A DNA stretch of 64,000 nt from Myxococcales bacterium (GTDB taxonomy: Bacteria; Myxococcota_A; Polyangia; Polyangiales; DASUME01), in the NCBI GenBank assembly GCA_047601445.1, contig JASGJH010000001.1:8064001-8128000 (forward strand), in the 5' to 3' direction. The notes under the pieces were generated by a model. It saw only the letters and a program-made list of their open reading frames with translations. It was not told where the DNA came from and ran no database searches. Numbering within the stretch: the stretch's first letter is position 1; each line of letters begins with the position of its first letter. A program made the translations under genes and the position numbers. Positions 27,079 through 37,336 of this stretch are shown piece by piece.

Positions 27079-28352
27079 GCGAGGACCTCACGCGTCGCAG
27101 CCTGGAGGCGGTCTACCGCAGCGAGTCCCGACGCGTGCTGGCCACCTTGATCCGTCTGCTCGGCACGTTCGAGGCCGCGGAGGAGGCGTTGCACGACGCC
27201 TTCGCGGTGGCCGCCGAGCGTTGGCAGAGCGACGGAATGCCCGCGAATCCCTACGCCTGGTTGGTGTCCACGGGCCGCTTCCGCGCCATCGATCGCAGGC
27301 GTCGACAGGCCAGGCTCGCCACGGCCTTGCCGGACCTGGAGTCCGAGCAATCAGCGCGGGCACGCGAGGCCGAGGAGCTCGTCCTCGGGCTGACCGACGC
27401 CTCCATTCAGGACGACGAGCTGCGCCTGATCTTTACCTGTTGTCACCCGCTACTCGCCCCGGATGCGCGGGTCGCGCTGACCTTGCGCGAGGTGTGCGGC
27501 CTGACCACGGAGGAGATCGCGCGTGCCTACCTGGTGCCCACGCCCACCATCGCGCAGCGCATCGTGCGCGCCAAGCAGAAGATTCGCGACGTGGGCATCC
27601 CATACGAGGTGCCTGCACCCGCCCAGCTGCCGGAGCGCTTCGAGAGCGTGCTCTCGGTGGTCTACCTGATCTTCAACGAGGGTTACGCAGCCACCGAGGG
27701 GCCCGCGCTCACGCGAGACGAGCTCGCTGCGGAGGCGATTCGCCTGGGGCGCCTGTTGGTGGAGCTATCCCAGGAGCCCGAGGCGTTGGGCCTTCTGGCG
27801 CTGATGTTGCTGCACGAGTCTCGGCGTACGGCGCGCGTCGACGCCCGAGGGGATCTGGTGCTGCTCGAGGAGCAGGATCGAAGTTCGTGGGACCGAGCGC
27901 TCATCGAGGAAGCGCAAGGCTTGATCGAGCAGGCATTGCGGGCGCGGCGCGTGGGGCCCTACCTGCTTCAGGCGGCCATCGCGTCCGTGCACGCCGAGGC
28001 CGCCACGGCGGAAGCCACCGACTGGCCCCAGATCGTGGGTCTCTACGACGTGCTCGGGCGGGTGGATCCCTCGCCCATCGTGGCGCTCAACCGCGCGGTG
28101 GCGCTGGGCATGCGCGACGGTCCGGAGGCGGGGCTCGCACAGGTCGATGCGTTGATGGCGGATAAGTCCCTCCAGACGTACCACCTGGCCCATGCCGCGC
28201 GTGCCGAGTGGCTGCGCCGACTGGGTCGCAGTGCAGAGGCCCGTGCTGCCTTCGAGCGGGCGCTGGAGCTGACACGCCAGCCAGCGGAGCGGCGATTTCT
28301 CGAGGGGCGGATGGGGAAGACGTCGGGCACGGGCACCGGCACGCCTTGTTGA
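27075..28352 (+). CDS. ECF sigma factor with C-terminal TPR extension (ECF42 type)
   Basis: RVLATLIR; AEEALHDAF; DDELRLIFTCCHP; AQRIVRAK; YLIFNEGY; QAAIA; DW.QI..LY; VALNRAVA. ATGA overlap with the YciI gene. Confidence 0.92.
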   Translation: MSEDLTRRSLEAVYRSESRRVLATLIRLLGTFEAAEEALHDAFAVAAERWQSDGMPANPYAWLVSTGRFRAIDRRRRQARLATALPDLESEQSARAREAEELVLGLTDASIQDDELRLIFTCCHPLLAPDARVALTLREVCGLTTEEIARAYLVPTPTIAQRIVRAKQKIRDVGIPYEVPAPAQLPERFESVLSVVYLIFNEGYAATEGPALTRDELAAEAIRLGRLLVELSQEPEALGLLALMLLHESRRTARVDARGDLVLLEEQDRSSWDRALIEEAQGLIEQALRARRVGPYLLQAAIASVHAEAATAEATDWPQIVGLYDVLGRVDPSPIVALNRAVALGMRDGPEAGLAQVDALMADKSLQTYHLAHAARAEWLRRLGRSAEARAAFERALELTRQPAERRFLEGRMGKTSGTGTGTPC

Positions 28353-28390
28353 GCAAGGCTGGCACGGGGGCGGGCGCTGCTGGCGCCCGA

Positions 28391-29089
28391 CTAGGGCAAA
28401 TCGAACACCAGCACCTCCGCCGACTCCACGCCCTCCACGTCCACCGCACTCTCGTTCGAGAGCGCGGCGCCATCTCCCTCCACCAGGAGCTCCCCATTCA
28501 CGCGCACCCGACCGCGGGTCAGCTGCACCCACGCGTGACGTCCCGTCGACAGCGCCAGCGAGGCGCGCTCTCCGGACTCGAACTTGCCCGCATAAAGCAG
28601 TGCATCGGTGTGCACGGTGACGCTTCCGTCGCGGCCGTCGGGCGCCGCCACCACCCGTAGGCGTCCCAGCTTCTCCGCGTCGGCGAAGGTCTTCTGTTCG
28701 TAGCTCGGTGGGATCCCTCGCGCGGCGGGCATCAGCCAGATTTGTAGGAAGTGCACCGGGTCGCTCTTCGAGGCGTTGAATTCGCTGTGCGACACGCCGC
28801 TGCCCGCGCTCATGCGCTGCACGTCCCCGGGGCGGATCACCGACCCGGTCCCGATCGAGTCGCGATGTTCGAGGCTCCCGGCGAGCACGTAGGAGATAAT
28901 CTCCATGTCCCGATGCGAGTGCGTCCCGAAGCCCCGCCCGGGCGCCACACGGTCCTCATTGATCACGCGCAGCGTGCGGAAGCCCATGTGGGCCGGGTCG
29001 TAGTATTCCGCGAAGGAGAAGCTGTGGCGCGACTCGAGCCATCCGTGCTGGGCATGTCCACGCTCGTTCGCGCGCCGGATCGTAATCAT
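28391..29089 (-). CDS. Pirin family protein
   Basis: RGHAQHGWL; HSFSFA.YYDP; RVINED; HSHRDMEIISYV; H.DS.G; MSAGSGV.HSE; HFLQIW. Confidence 0.93.
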   Translation of the reverse strand: MITIRRANERGHAQHGWLESRHSFSFAEYYDPAHMGFRTLRVINEDRVAPGRGFGTHSHRDMEIISYVLAGSLEHRDSIGTGSVIRPGDVQRMSAGSGVSHSEFNASKSDPVHFLQIWLMPAARGIPPSYEQKTFADAEKLGRLRVVAAPDGRDGSVTVHTDALLYAGKFESGERASLALSTGRHAWVQLTRGRVRVNGELLVEGDGAALSNESAVDVEGVESAEVLVFDLP

Positions 29090-29171
29090 CGCTAGCCTCC
29101 CTGTTCCAACAGGCTTACCACGTTGCCCCGGGTCTCACCTGTCCCCGCTCCTCGTGGTGTACACTCGCCCG

Positions 29172-29978
29172 ATGCCCGCCCGTGCGCCGGAGAAACCTCC
29201 ACAACGCAAGCTCGTGCGACACCCGACCAGCGGTGTCGAGTGCTTCGAGGCGGTGTGGCGAGGCCACCGCACGCGCCACCACGCCCACCCCGAGTATCAG
29301 CTCACGCTCACGATGGCAGGCAGCGGTCGCTTCGACTACCACGGCGGCCAGGCGCGCATCCCGGTCGCGTGCTTCGCGCTGTTTCATCCGGACGAGCCCC
29401 ACGTGCTGGAGGCGGCCAGCCGCAGCGAGCCCTGGCACATGCGATCACTGCACCTGCCGACGCGCCTGGTCGAGCAAGCGGGTTGTCCCTTGCACCAGCC
29501 GGCGCCCTTCCGTGCCTACCCGGAACTCGCGCAGGCCTTCGACGCGGTTTGGAACGCGGTCCAAGCGGGCGCTGCTGAGGCGACCGTCGTGGCCCGGGTG
29601 CGCGCACTCGGCGTGGCGCTGTGCTCTTTGCCGGGACTCGAACCGCGCACCGACGCGCGCTCGCGCATCGTTCGGCGCTGCCTGGCGCACCTCGATCAGG
29701 TCCTCGATCGCAACGTGTCGATCTCCGAGCTCGCCGAGCTGGTGGATTCCACGCCTGCCCAGGTTCGACGCATGCTCGTGGCGGCCACCGGGCTGCCGCC
29801 CCACGCGCTCCACCTGCAGCGTCGCATCCGCCACGGCAAGCTGTTGCTCGCCAAGGGCGCTTCGGTGGCCGACACCGCACAGGCGACGGGCTTCGCTGAT
29901 CAAGCCCATTTCACGCGCCATTTCACCAGCCTGGTGGGCGTGGGCCCAGCGCGCTACGCGGTATCTCTCAAACCCTGA
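29172..29978 (+). CDS. AraC-family transcriptional regulator
   Basis: Cupin H.H..Y and P.EPH motifs; GLPPH; GFADQAHFTRHF...GV.P..Y. Confidence 0.88.
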   Translation: MPARAPEKPPQRKLVRHPTSGVECFEAVWRGHRTRHHAHPEYQLTLTMAGSGRFDYHGGQARIPVACFALFHPDEPHVLEAASRSEPWHMRSLHLPTRLVEQAGCPLHQPAPFRAYPELAQAFDAVWNAVQAGAAEATVVARVRALGVALCSLPGLEPRTDARSRIVRRCLAHLDQVLDRNVSISELAELVDSTPAQVRRMLVAATGLPPHALHLQRRIRHGKLLLAKGASVADTAQATGFADQAHFTRHFTSLVGVGPARYAVSLKP

Positions 29979-30100
29979 GCGCAACCCCTGAGCCGCGCGT
30001 CGATGCCAGCCGCATGAGGCGGGCACTTGTACGAAGTGAGCCGGCAAGGCGTGCAAGAAAGCCTGGCGCACCTGGTGCACCTTGAGGGTCGGAGGTTTGC

Positions 30101-30886
30101 ATGTCGGATCGAGAGCGCGAGCACGCCACGCGCGTGTTGGAGCAGTTCACCAAGCAGGCCGAGCCCTTCGCTCGCTTTGCCATCCATACCCAGGCGTCCT
30201 CGCTCGAGCTCTTGCGCGATGCGCTTCGCTTGAGCGGTCGCGAACGACTGCTCGACGCGGGCTGCGGTCCGGGCCTGTTGCTGCGTTACTTCGCCCCCAT
30301 GGTCTCCGAGGTAGTGGGCCTCGACGCCACCCCGGCGATGCTGCACAAGGCGCGTGAGGTGCTGCGCGAGGCGGGCATCACCAATGTGTCGACGCAGCAT
30401 GGAGACATGGAGCAGCTGCCGTTTGCCGACGCTAGCTTCGACGCGGTGGTGACGCGCTACACGTTCCATCACTTGCTGCGACCCGAGCGAGCCTTCGAAG
30501 AGCTCGTGCGCGTGTGCAAGCCAGGGGGTCGAGTGGTGGTCTGCGATGCCACCCCGCGCCCGGATGCGCGCGCGGCGTACGACGCCTGGGAGCTCGTGCG
30601 CGACCCGTCGCACGCCTCGGCGCGCACCGAGCAGGAGCTCGCGAGCCTGGCCGATGCGCACCTGGTGTCGACGCACCTGATGCGCTTTCGTCTCGAGTCC
30701 GTAGTGGAGGACCTGCTCGCTAGCTGTTTTCCCACGGATCGCGCGGCTCTCTATCGGCGCATGGCGGATGATGTCGGTGTGAACGCACTCGACATGGCGG
30801 CGCAGCTGCGGGGGGATACTCTGATGATGGCCTTTCCCATCAGCGTGATCGCAGGCAACAAGCCTGCTGTATCTGCCCGTATGTAA
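30101..30886 (+). CDS. Class I SAM-dependent methyltransferase
   Basis: QFTKQA; LDAGCGPG; GD.E.LPF.D.SFD; FHH; RVCKPGG; RDPSH. Confidence 0.9.
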   Translation: MSDREREHATRVLEQFTKQAEPFARFAIHTQASSLELLRDALRLSGRERLLDAGCGPGLLLRYFAPMVSEVVGLDATPAMLHKAREVLREAGITNVSTQHGDMEQLPFADASFDAVVTRYTFHHLLRPERAFEELVRVCKPGGRVVVCDATPRPDARAAYDAWELVRDPSHASARTEQELASLADAHLVSTHLMRFRLESVVEDLLASCFPTDRAALYRRMADDVGVNALDMAAQLRGDTLMMAFPISVIAGNKPAVSARM

Positions 30887-30892
30887 GCGCCA

Positions 30893-31204
30893 ATGCGGAA
30901 AACCACCGCGGCGCTCGTGGACGCCTTCAACCGGCGCGCGTCCTGGTCACACCGTAAGGTCATGGCAAAGGCACCCGCCGACGCCGAGTTCGAGTCCGCT
31001 CCCGAGGCGACCACACGGGAGCCGGGCCGGCGCCGGCGCAGTTCCTCCGTCACCAGCGTCACCTGGCTGAGACCCGTGGAGGACACGGGTTATGCCCGCA
31101 AGCTCACCAAAGCCATCGTGCTGGAGGAGAGCGAGCACCACGGTTCCATCTTGCCGCCGCCCTTGCCGTGGGAAGAGCGCGACGAGCCGACTCCCGACAC
31201 GTGA
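30893..31204 (+). CDS. Small hypothetical protein (start may be ATG 30962)
   Basis: Co-oriented ORF filling the gap between neighbours; GC3-biased codons. Confidence 0.45.
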   Translation: MRKTTAALVDAFNRRASWSHRKVMAKAPADAEFESAPEATTREPGRRRRSSSVTSVTWLRPVEDTGYARKLTKAIVLEESEHHGSILPPPLPWEERDEPTPDT

Positions 31205-31211
31205 GGAGAGC

Positions 31212-31958
31212 ATGGCGTTGCTGATCATGGTGGGGTCCTTTCTCTTGGGCCTGACGATGGCCGGTCTACTTTGGCGCGGGCACAGGCGGCGGCTCGAGCT
31301 CACCACGTGTCCTTGCCTGGCCTATTTCGAAGTGGCGGGCTCACCTGCCGAGAACCCGATCGAGGTGGCGTATTCGCCGCCCAAGCTGCGCGCGTTGTGT
31401 CCGGAGCTGTTCGGTCATGCGCCCTTGCCGTGCCACGCCTGCGGTAGTGTCCATCTGCCTCACGTACTGTTGAAGCTGGTCGATCAACACCTGAGGCTCG
31501 GCGATTCGCGCGCGGCCATCGTGGTGTCGGTCGAGCCCTTGCGCATCGCAGCGTACTCCGACGAGTTCGACGCGGTGCTGGAGGTCTCGTTCCCGTCCGG
31601 CATCGGAGAGGGGCTCACGGAAGGGGAGCGCCTCTTGACGATCAACGCCTACGGCCCGCACGGCGATCGTCCGACCGAAATGGCACCCGATATCCTCCCC
31701 GGTGCCGGCGCAAGCGGGCGTTGGTGGACGTTCTCACCGGTGATCGCGGAGCTCGTCTCCGACAGTCACACCTTGATCGAGGAGCGCAAGCAGGAGATCG
31801 ACGAAGACGAGTGGGAGCGCGTGGCCGAGCTCGTGCGCTATCGGCATCGGACCCACCACGCCCGATCGTGCAATCCTTTGCGCGCTGGCGATCCGGCGGC
31901 GCCGCTTCCCGCGAGCGAGCTCCCGTCTCGATCAGGCCTCTACCAAAGCTCGCTTTGA
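31212..31958 (+). CDS. Hypothetical protein with N-terminal membrane anchor
   Basis: RBS GAGGAG; TM LLIMVGSFLLGLTMAGLLW; globular GDSRAAIVVS..PL.IAAYSDEFDAV region. Confidence 0.65.
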   Translation: MALLIMVGSFLLGLTMAGLLWRGHRRRLELTTCPCLAYFEVAGSPAENPIEVAYSPPKLRALCPELFGHAPLPCHACGSVHLPHVLLKLVDQHLRLGDSRAAIVVSVEPLRIAAYSDEFDAVLEVSFPSGIGEGLTEGERLLTINAYGPHGDRPTEMAPDILPGAGASGRWWTFSPVIAELVSDSHTLIEERKQEIDEDEWERVAELVRYRHRTHHARSCNPLRAGDPAAPLPASELPSRSGLYQSSL

Positions 31959-32021
31959 GCCCGGCGCTTGCGCGAGCGAGTCGGACCGGTTCCCTGCAGC
32001 GCGTTCGATTCTACGCGAGGC

Positions 32022-33065
32022 TCACCACAGAGCGTGATGCTCCTCGACCACGCCAAAGGCCGAGAAATCGCGCGTATGTGCGCCGACCTTCAGCGCTCCC
32101 CGATAGCGGCCGAACAACTGCACGAAGCGGCTCCCGAGCACCAGCGCCTGGATGTTCTCCGCGCGCTGTCCGTCGGGCTCGAAGCGCGCCGAGAACGCGC
32201 CGTCGTCGCTCTCGACGAGCCAGGGCTTCGCCAGGTCCGTCGCGTCGTACGTAAAGCGCACCTGGCCCACGGGGATGAGCTGGTCGTCGAGCCAGAGCGC
32301 GTTCTCCAGCCCCTGGTTGAAGTGCGCCACCAAATTGAAGCCGAGCTGCGCACCCTCGGCGGAACCATTGCCAGCTGCCCAATTCCAGAACGTGCGTCGC
32401 GGAGGGTACCCGAGCGTGAAGTCGAGCATACCCGGCGCTTCGAGCGTGTGCTGCTCGCCCGCCAAGTCGAGCTTGAGCGTGCAGGCCAAGTCGCAGGCCT
32501 TGTAGGTATGGTTGAAAGGGCGCGCCGGGTCCGAAGCCGCGATGGTGGACATGCCGGGGCCCGCACGGCGTGCGGAGAGCTCGAGTGCGAAGGGCCGCTT
32601 TCCCTGGCTAGAGGTCCCTTCGAAGCGGACGAGTAGATCGGCGCCATGGCCCGGTTCGATCGCAAAGCGCTGCCGGCCTCGCTCGAGGCGCCACGAAACG
32701 TCGAGGCCGCCTCGGAACTGCGCCCCGAAGCCCAGGGGACGACTGAGCTTGTCTTCCCACAACTGCCGACGCTCGCGGTCGAACACGTAGCAAAAGGCCG
32801 TGCCGAGTAGTCCCGCGTCGACCACGGCGAAACCCACCATGAAGCGCGCCGAAAAGGCGCCCATGAAGATCCAGGTCTTGCGCTGCGTGCGCCGCCGCGA
32901 AAACAAGCCCCTGGAGCCATCCCAGCGCGAGGTGTCGAGGTCTCCTACCCGACCCGCGTAGCGCCCCAGCAAGGGCGTCCCCTGCGCGTCGCAGAGCGCG
33001 CTCGGAGCGTGCGCGAGCTTCACGAGTCCGTGCTCGGCAGAGCTCTCTTCATCTGGGCGCGTCAT
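32022..33065 (-). CDS. DUF2804-like protein
   Basis: K.WIF; D.G....AF.YVFD; HTYK; LDFT.GY..R.TFWNWA; ENALW; F.Q.FG; EEH.ALW. Confidence 0.8.
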   Translation of the reverse strand: MTRPDEESSAEHGLVKLAHAPSALCDAQGTPLLGRYAGRVGDLDTSRWDGSRGLFSRRRTQRKTWIFMGAFSARFMVGFAVVDAGLLGTAFCYVFDRERRQLWEDKLSRPLGFGAQFRGGLDVSWRLERGRQRFAIEPGHGADLLVRFEGTSSQGKRPFALELSARRAGPGMSTIAASDPARPFNHTYKACDLACTLKLDLAGEQHTLEAPGMLDFTLGYPPRRTFWNWAAGNGSAEGAQLGFNLVAHFNQGLENALWLDDQLIPVGQVRFTYDATDLAKPWLVESDDGAFSARFEPDGQRAENIQALVLGSRFVQLFGRYRGALKVGAHTRDFSAFGVVEEHHALW

Positions 33066-33105
33066 GTTCTCCTCGAAGCCACCGCGAGCGGCCACGGCGT
33101 CCCGT

Positions 33106-34242
33106 TCACTCTAGCGCGGGCAGGGGCACCTCTCCGAGGTTCTTGCAGCCCGAGCCACCACACATGCCCGCGGCGTTCGACGAGTTGAGATCCACTGCCA
33201 GCCCGTACGACTGCGCGCTATCATCGTAATAAGTGGTCACGTGCCAATCGTCATCGGGCGATACCGGCAGGCAAAAGCTTCCGTCGTCCGCGGTCTGCGC
33301 TTGCACCAGTGAGAGGCCGCGCGCGCGGGCGGCGCGGACGGCCGTGTTCTTGAGCTTGCTATTCTCGCCGCCGCCCGGAGCGGCCACACCGAGAGTCCCG
33401 CTCACGCAGCTGCTCACGGGCGTTTCCTGAGCCGCGCCTAGCCAGTCGTCTCGCATGGTGCTCACGACGACCTTGTTGGCCTGCACCTTGGCCTTTGCCG
33501 TGGCCTTCCATTGCGTATCGGACTTGCCCAGGCCGTAGAGCTCCACCTCTTGCCCCTCCGCGAGTCCGTGCTCATCGTGCAGCGGGACCTCCACGCGCAT
33601 CTCCTTGATGGGCGTGACGCGCTGGCCGTCCTTGTAGAAGCGCACCTCCACGATGCCATAGCCGTCGAGCCCCTTTTGGTTGTCCGTCTCCATGCGGCCG
33701 GGGGCTGCACTCACGTCGCTGGCGCGCTTCACGATCGCATAGCGCACCTCCACCGCGCCTGATACCGCCTTCTCCGAGGCGTCCTTCAAGCCGCCGGCGG
33801 GCAGCTCGAGCGCGAAGCCGTCCGTGCCCTCCACGCGGCCGCCCTTCTCGGCGGCGCTCAACGTCACCGAGCTGCGCTCCTTCACCGAGAGCTCGACCTG
33901 CGCTCCGACGTCCTTTTGCGGCTTCACTGCCAGGGCGGCACCGCTGTACTTGTCGCTCTCCACCGAGAGCCGCGTTTCCTTCGACGCCGGCACCATGATC
34001 TCGAAGCGCCCTTGCTCGTCGGTGCGTCCCTTGCTGCCGCTGGCCGTCACCTCCACGTCCTTGAGCGGGATCCCGGTCACGTCGGTGACGCGTCCCTTGA
34101 TCGCCGCGACTTCACTGAAGGAGCCCGAATCCAGGCTCTCGTCCGCGTCAGCGGGCGCGCTCGAGTCAGCGTCCGCACAGCCGAGGGGCATGCCTGCGAG
34201 CACAGCGAGTACGGCCACCAGGCGAGGGTAGTTTCCACACAT
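33106..34242 (-). CDS. Lipoprotein with carboxypeptidase-regulatory-like (Ig/prealbumin-fold) domains
   Basis: Lipobox PLGC; GRVTD..G.PL..V.V; TDEQGRF; T..DGSFCL; G.C....C..LG. The upstream part of ORF 33106..35346 is a shadow of the next gene. Confidence 0.7.
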   Translation of the reverse strand: MCGNYPRLVAVLAVLAGMPLGCADADSSAPADADESLDSGSFSEVAAIKGRVTDVTGIPLKDVEVTASGSKGRTDEQGRFEIMVPASKETRLSVESDKYSGAALAVKPQKDVGAQVELSVKERSSVTLSAAEKGGRVEGTDGFALELPAGGLKDASEKAVSGAVEVRYAIVKRASDVSAAPGRMETDNQKGLDGYGIVEVRFYKDGQRVTPIKEMRVEVPLHDEHGLAEGQEVELYGLGKSDTQWKATAKAKVQANKVVVSTMRDDWLGAAQETPVSSCVSGTLGVAAPGGGENSKLKNTAVRAARARGLSLVQAQTADDGSFCLPVSPDDDWHVTTYYDDSAQSYGLAVDLNSSNAAGMCGGSGCKNLGEVPLPALE

Positions 34243-34346
34243 GACGCACTTCTCCATTCCCGCGAAGGTCGACGCGCGTTCTTGCGCAAAGGAACCTACG
34301 GGCGGGTCGGCTCGCCGGATCACCGAAACCGATCTTGGGAGCCTGT

Positions 34347-35783
34347 TCAGCCCGTCGCGGACCTGCGGCGACGCCACAGCCACACCCACCCGAGCGCGAG
34401 TGCCAGCAGCGAGCCCGCGCCTGTCGATCCCTGCTGCCGCACAGCACAGCCGCCGTCCGCCTGCCGTGCGCCCGACGTGGGCGCGGGGGAGCTCGGGTCC
34501 ACGCCTGGCTGGGGCGCTCCGGCGTCGCTCGCTGCAGAACCCGCGTCCGCGTCCACCGCGCCATCCTGTGAGGGATCCGGCGGCAACTTCGTCGCAAACT
34601 CGAAGGCGCCAACGTCCTCGGCCGTGGCGCGCGCCGTGCGACCGTTCGGGTGGAGGTACTCGGCGCTCGGAATCAGCGCGTAGGCGTCCGCCATGCCGGC
34701 GGCGACGGCCTTGCCGATGGCCGGCGAGTCCGCGCGCAGGTGGTAGTCGTAGGCGCTTCCATCTACGAAGTGAGGATCGATGCCGCTCAGGTTGTCGGAG
34801 CTCAAGTTCCCTGTGCTGCTCGGGGCCCCCGCGCCGACCAACAGGTTGTTCTTCGCGGTCAAGGTTGCGCCCTGGGCATGGATGAAGGTGCCGCTCGGGC
34901 GCGCATTGATGAAGGTGTTGTTCACCGCGAACACGCGCTGGTCCGGATGTTCCACGCCCTCCTCGCCCCAGCTGAACAACACGGTGTTTCCGCTGGCGGG
35001 GCCCTTCTGGATCACGTTTCCGATCAGCACGGCGAGCCCCCCGTTCGGCAGGTCGATCTCGTAGCTGTCGGCCGCGTCTTCTCCGCTGATGCGGTTGTAC
35101 TCGATGTAGTTCTTGGCCGCGCGCGACTTGAGCAGGTGGCCCTTGTCGCTGGTGTCCTGGGCGATGCCGTGGGACCAGTTGTAGCGGAAGAAGAGCGTGT
35201 CGATCTTGCCGATGTAGAGGTTGTGCGTGCAGCCGCCGCCACTGCAGCCGTTCCCCATGCCGTTGCGAAAGAACTCCGAGTACTCCACCGTGAGCGTGCC
35301 CGCGCTCCCGCCCAGGATGCCGTTCTGGTTGTCGTGGATGAAGCAACGTCGCACCGTGAGCCCCTGGCCCTCCAGGCGGATCGCCGCGGCGTTCTCGCCG
35401 TTCTGTGCCGAGATGTGCGCACCGCTGAGCTCGAGGTTCTCGAGCGTCACGCTATCGGCCGTGACTACGTAGATGCCCTTGTACTGTGCGGGATGGTCGG
35501 TGCCGGAGAGATCGATCTTCGGTCTGCCGTCGACGCCGCGTAGCGTGAGGCCAGGCACGCTCAGCGCGCAGCTATCGGTATACGTGCCAGGTGCGATCAG
35601 GATTTCGGCGTTGGGCGAGGCGGCGGCCACCGCGGCGCAGGGCGTGGCGTAGGTTTGACCGGGCCCCACGCGCAGGCTCTCGGCCGCGGCGGCATCCGTG
35701 AGCAGCCAGGCGCCGAGCGCGCAGATCGTGGGCGAGATGAGGGGAAAGGCTTGGCTGGGGGCTCGAACGCGCATGGCCGCCAA
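34347..35783 (-). CDS. Right-handed beta-helix secreted protein with MYXO-CTERM-type sorting signal
   Basis: VGPGQTY; I.PGTY; DNQNGIL; THNLYIG; GHLLKSRA; YEIDLPNGG; DYHLRADSPAI; C-terminal GGC..LLALALGWVWLWRRRR. Confidence 0.85.
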   Translation of the reverse strand: MAAMRVRAPSQAFPLISPTICALGAWLLTDAAAAESLRVGPGQTYATPCAAVAAASPNAEILIAPGTYTDSCALSVPGLTLRGVDGRPKIDLSGTDHPAQYKGIYVVTADSVTLENLELSGAHISAQNGENAAAIRLEGQGLTVRRCFIHDNQNGILGGSAGTLTVEYSEFFRNGMGNGCSGGGCTHNLYIGKIDTLFFRYNWSHGIAQDTSDKGHLLKSRAAKNYIEYNRISGEDAADSYEIDLPNGGLAVLIGNVIQKGPASGNTVLFSWGEEGVEHPDQRVFAVNNTFINARPSGTFIHAQGATLTAKNNLLVGAGAPSSTGNLSSDNLSGIDPHFVDGSAYDYHLRADSPAIGKAVAAGMADAYALIPSAEYLHPNGRTARATAEDVGAFEFATKLPPDPSQDGAVDADAGSAASDAGAPQPGVDPSSPAPTSGARQADGGCAVRQQGSTGAGSLLALALGWVWLWRRRRSATG

Positions 35784-35936
35784 TCTGCCAGCCCTGAAGC
35801 CTGGCTGACCAGCGTGTTCGCGGCTTCCGACACACGAAAGCGCCAGTCACCGCAATTGCGACGGGCGCACAGCGCCAGCGGCGAGTTCGTTGTAACGTTG
35901 CCCACGCGGCAGACGGCGCACGATCCCGAGGTCACC

Positions 35937-36551
35937 ATGGGTTTCTACGACGAATATGTGCTTCCCCACTGCATCGATCTGGCTTGTGGTCTGCGCGCCC
36001 TGGGGCCACGGCGCGAGCAGGTGGTCCGCGAGCTGCGCGGAGACGTGCTCGAGATCGGCTTCGGCTCCGGGCTCAATCTGCCTTTCCTGACCGCTGACGT
36101 GACGCGCGTGCTGGCGGTGGACCCGTCGGGCGGGGCACGCAAGATCGCCCGCAAGCGCATTGCTCAGGCCCGCTGTCCGGTGGAGTTCGTGGGACTCGAG
36201 GCCGAGGTCATTCGACTCGAGACGGCGAGCGTGGACTCGGCGCTCAGTACCTTCACCATGTGCACCATCCCCGAGGTCGAGCAGGCGCTGCGCGAGGTCA
36301 AGCGCGTGCTCAAGCCAGGTGCCCGGCTGTGCTTCCTGGAGCACGGACGGGCACCCGATGCGGGCGTCGCGCGCTGGCAAGATCGGCTCAACGGCCTGCA
36401 GCGCTTCGCGTGCGGAGGTTGTCAGCTCAACCGCGACATTCCCGAGCTGGTACGTGCGGCCGGCTTCGAGATCGAGCAGCTCGACAGCGAATACATGCCG
36501 CAGTCTCCTCGCACCCACGGCTTCCTCTTCGCCGGCTGGGCACGCGCCTGA
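35937..36551 (+). CDS. Class I SAM-dependent methyltransferase
   Basis: MGFY...VLP; VLEIGFGSGLN; FTMCTIP; RVLKPG; EHG; GGC.LNRDI. Confidence 0.9.
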   Translation: MGFYDEYVLPHCIDLACGLRALGPRREQVVRELRGDVLEIGFGSGLNLPFLTADVTRVLAVDPSGGARKIARKRIAQARCPVEFVGLEAEVIRLETASVDSALSTFTMCTIPEVEQALREVKRVLKPGARLCFLEHGRAPDAGVARWQDRLNGLQRFACGGCQLNRDIPELVRAAGFEIEQLDSEYMPQSPRTHGFLFAGWARA

Positions 36552-36561
36552 GAGGCTGTCG

Positions 36562-37326
36562 ATGGATCGCGCCCAAACGCTGCTCGAAGCAGCAGACCGA
36601 CTGTCACGACGCCTCGCACGCCTGCGCTTCTCCGCACCCGTCAGCCACGTCTACAACCCGCTGGTCTACGCCCGCGCGCCCTATGCCGCCTATCTGCAGC
36701 GCTACGCGCGTGAGCCCAAGCAAGTGGTCTTTCTCGGCATGAACCCCGGTCCGTTTGGGATGGCGCAGACCGGGGTCCCCTTCGGAGAGATCTCCATGGT
36801 GCGCGATTGGCTCGGCATCGAGGCCAAGGTCGACAAGCCCCGTCACGAGCACACCAAGCGGCCCATCACGGGGTTCGCTTGCCCTCGCAGCGAGGTCAGC
36901 GGCGCGCGCTTGTGGGGGCTTTGGCGCGCGCTCTACGAAACCCCGGAGCGCTTCTTCCGGCACGCCTTCGTGGCCAACTACTGTCCGCTCGTGTTCATGG
37001 AGGAGAGCGGGCGCAACCTCACGCCCGACAAGCTCAAGCGTCCCGAACGAGAGGCCATGCTCGCGGCCTGCGACGAGCACCTCCATCGCCTCATCCTCAC
37101 CCTCGAGCCCGCCTGGATCGTCGGCGTGGGAAAGTTTGCCGAGGGCAGGTCTGCCCACGTGCTCAGCGCTCACCCGCTCCATCGACCGCCGCGTCTGGCG
37201 AGCATCCCGCATCCCTCGCCGGCCAGCCCGTCGGCCAACCGAAATTGGGCCGAGAGTGCGCTCGCCGCCCTGGAAACGCAGGGAGTGCCGCTGGAACTGG
37301 GCAGGCCGCGGCCCCAGGTGGTATAG
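36562..37326 (+). CDS. SMUG1-type (family 3) uracil-DNA glycosylase
   Basis: VYNPL.YA; GMNPGPFGMAQTGVPFG; RSEVSG.RLW; NYCPL.F; N.TPDKL; HPSPASP. Confidence 0.92.
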   Translation: MDRAQTLLEAADRLSRRLARLRFSAPVSHVYNPLVYARAPYAAYLQRYAREPKQVVFLGMNPGPFGMAQTGVPFGEISMVRDWLGIEAKVDKPRHEHTKRPITGFACPRSEVSGARLWGLWRALYETPERFFRHAFVANYCPLVFMEESGRNLTPDKLKRPEREAMLAACDEHLHRLILTLEPAWIVGVGKFAEGRSAHVLSAHPLHRPPRLASIPHPSPASPSANRNWAESALAALETQGVPLELGRPRPQVV

Positions 37327-37336
37327 CCCACGCCCA

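Noticed and set aside
36562..37326. SMUG1 as a eukaryote-derived or defence gene
   Set aside because: Family 3 UDGs are established in bacteria, and there is no defence-island context.
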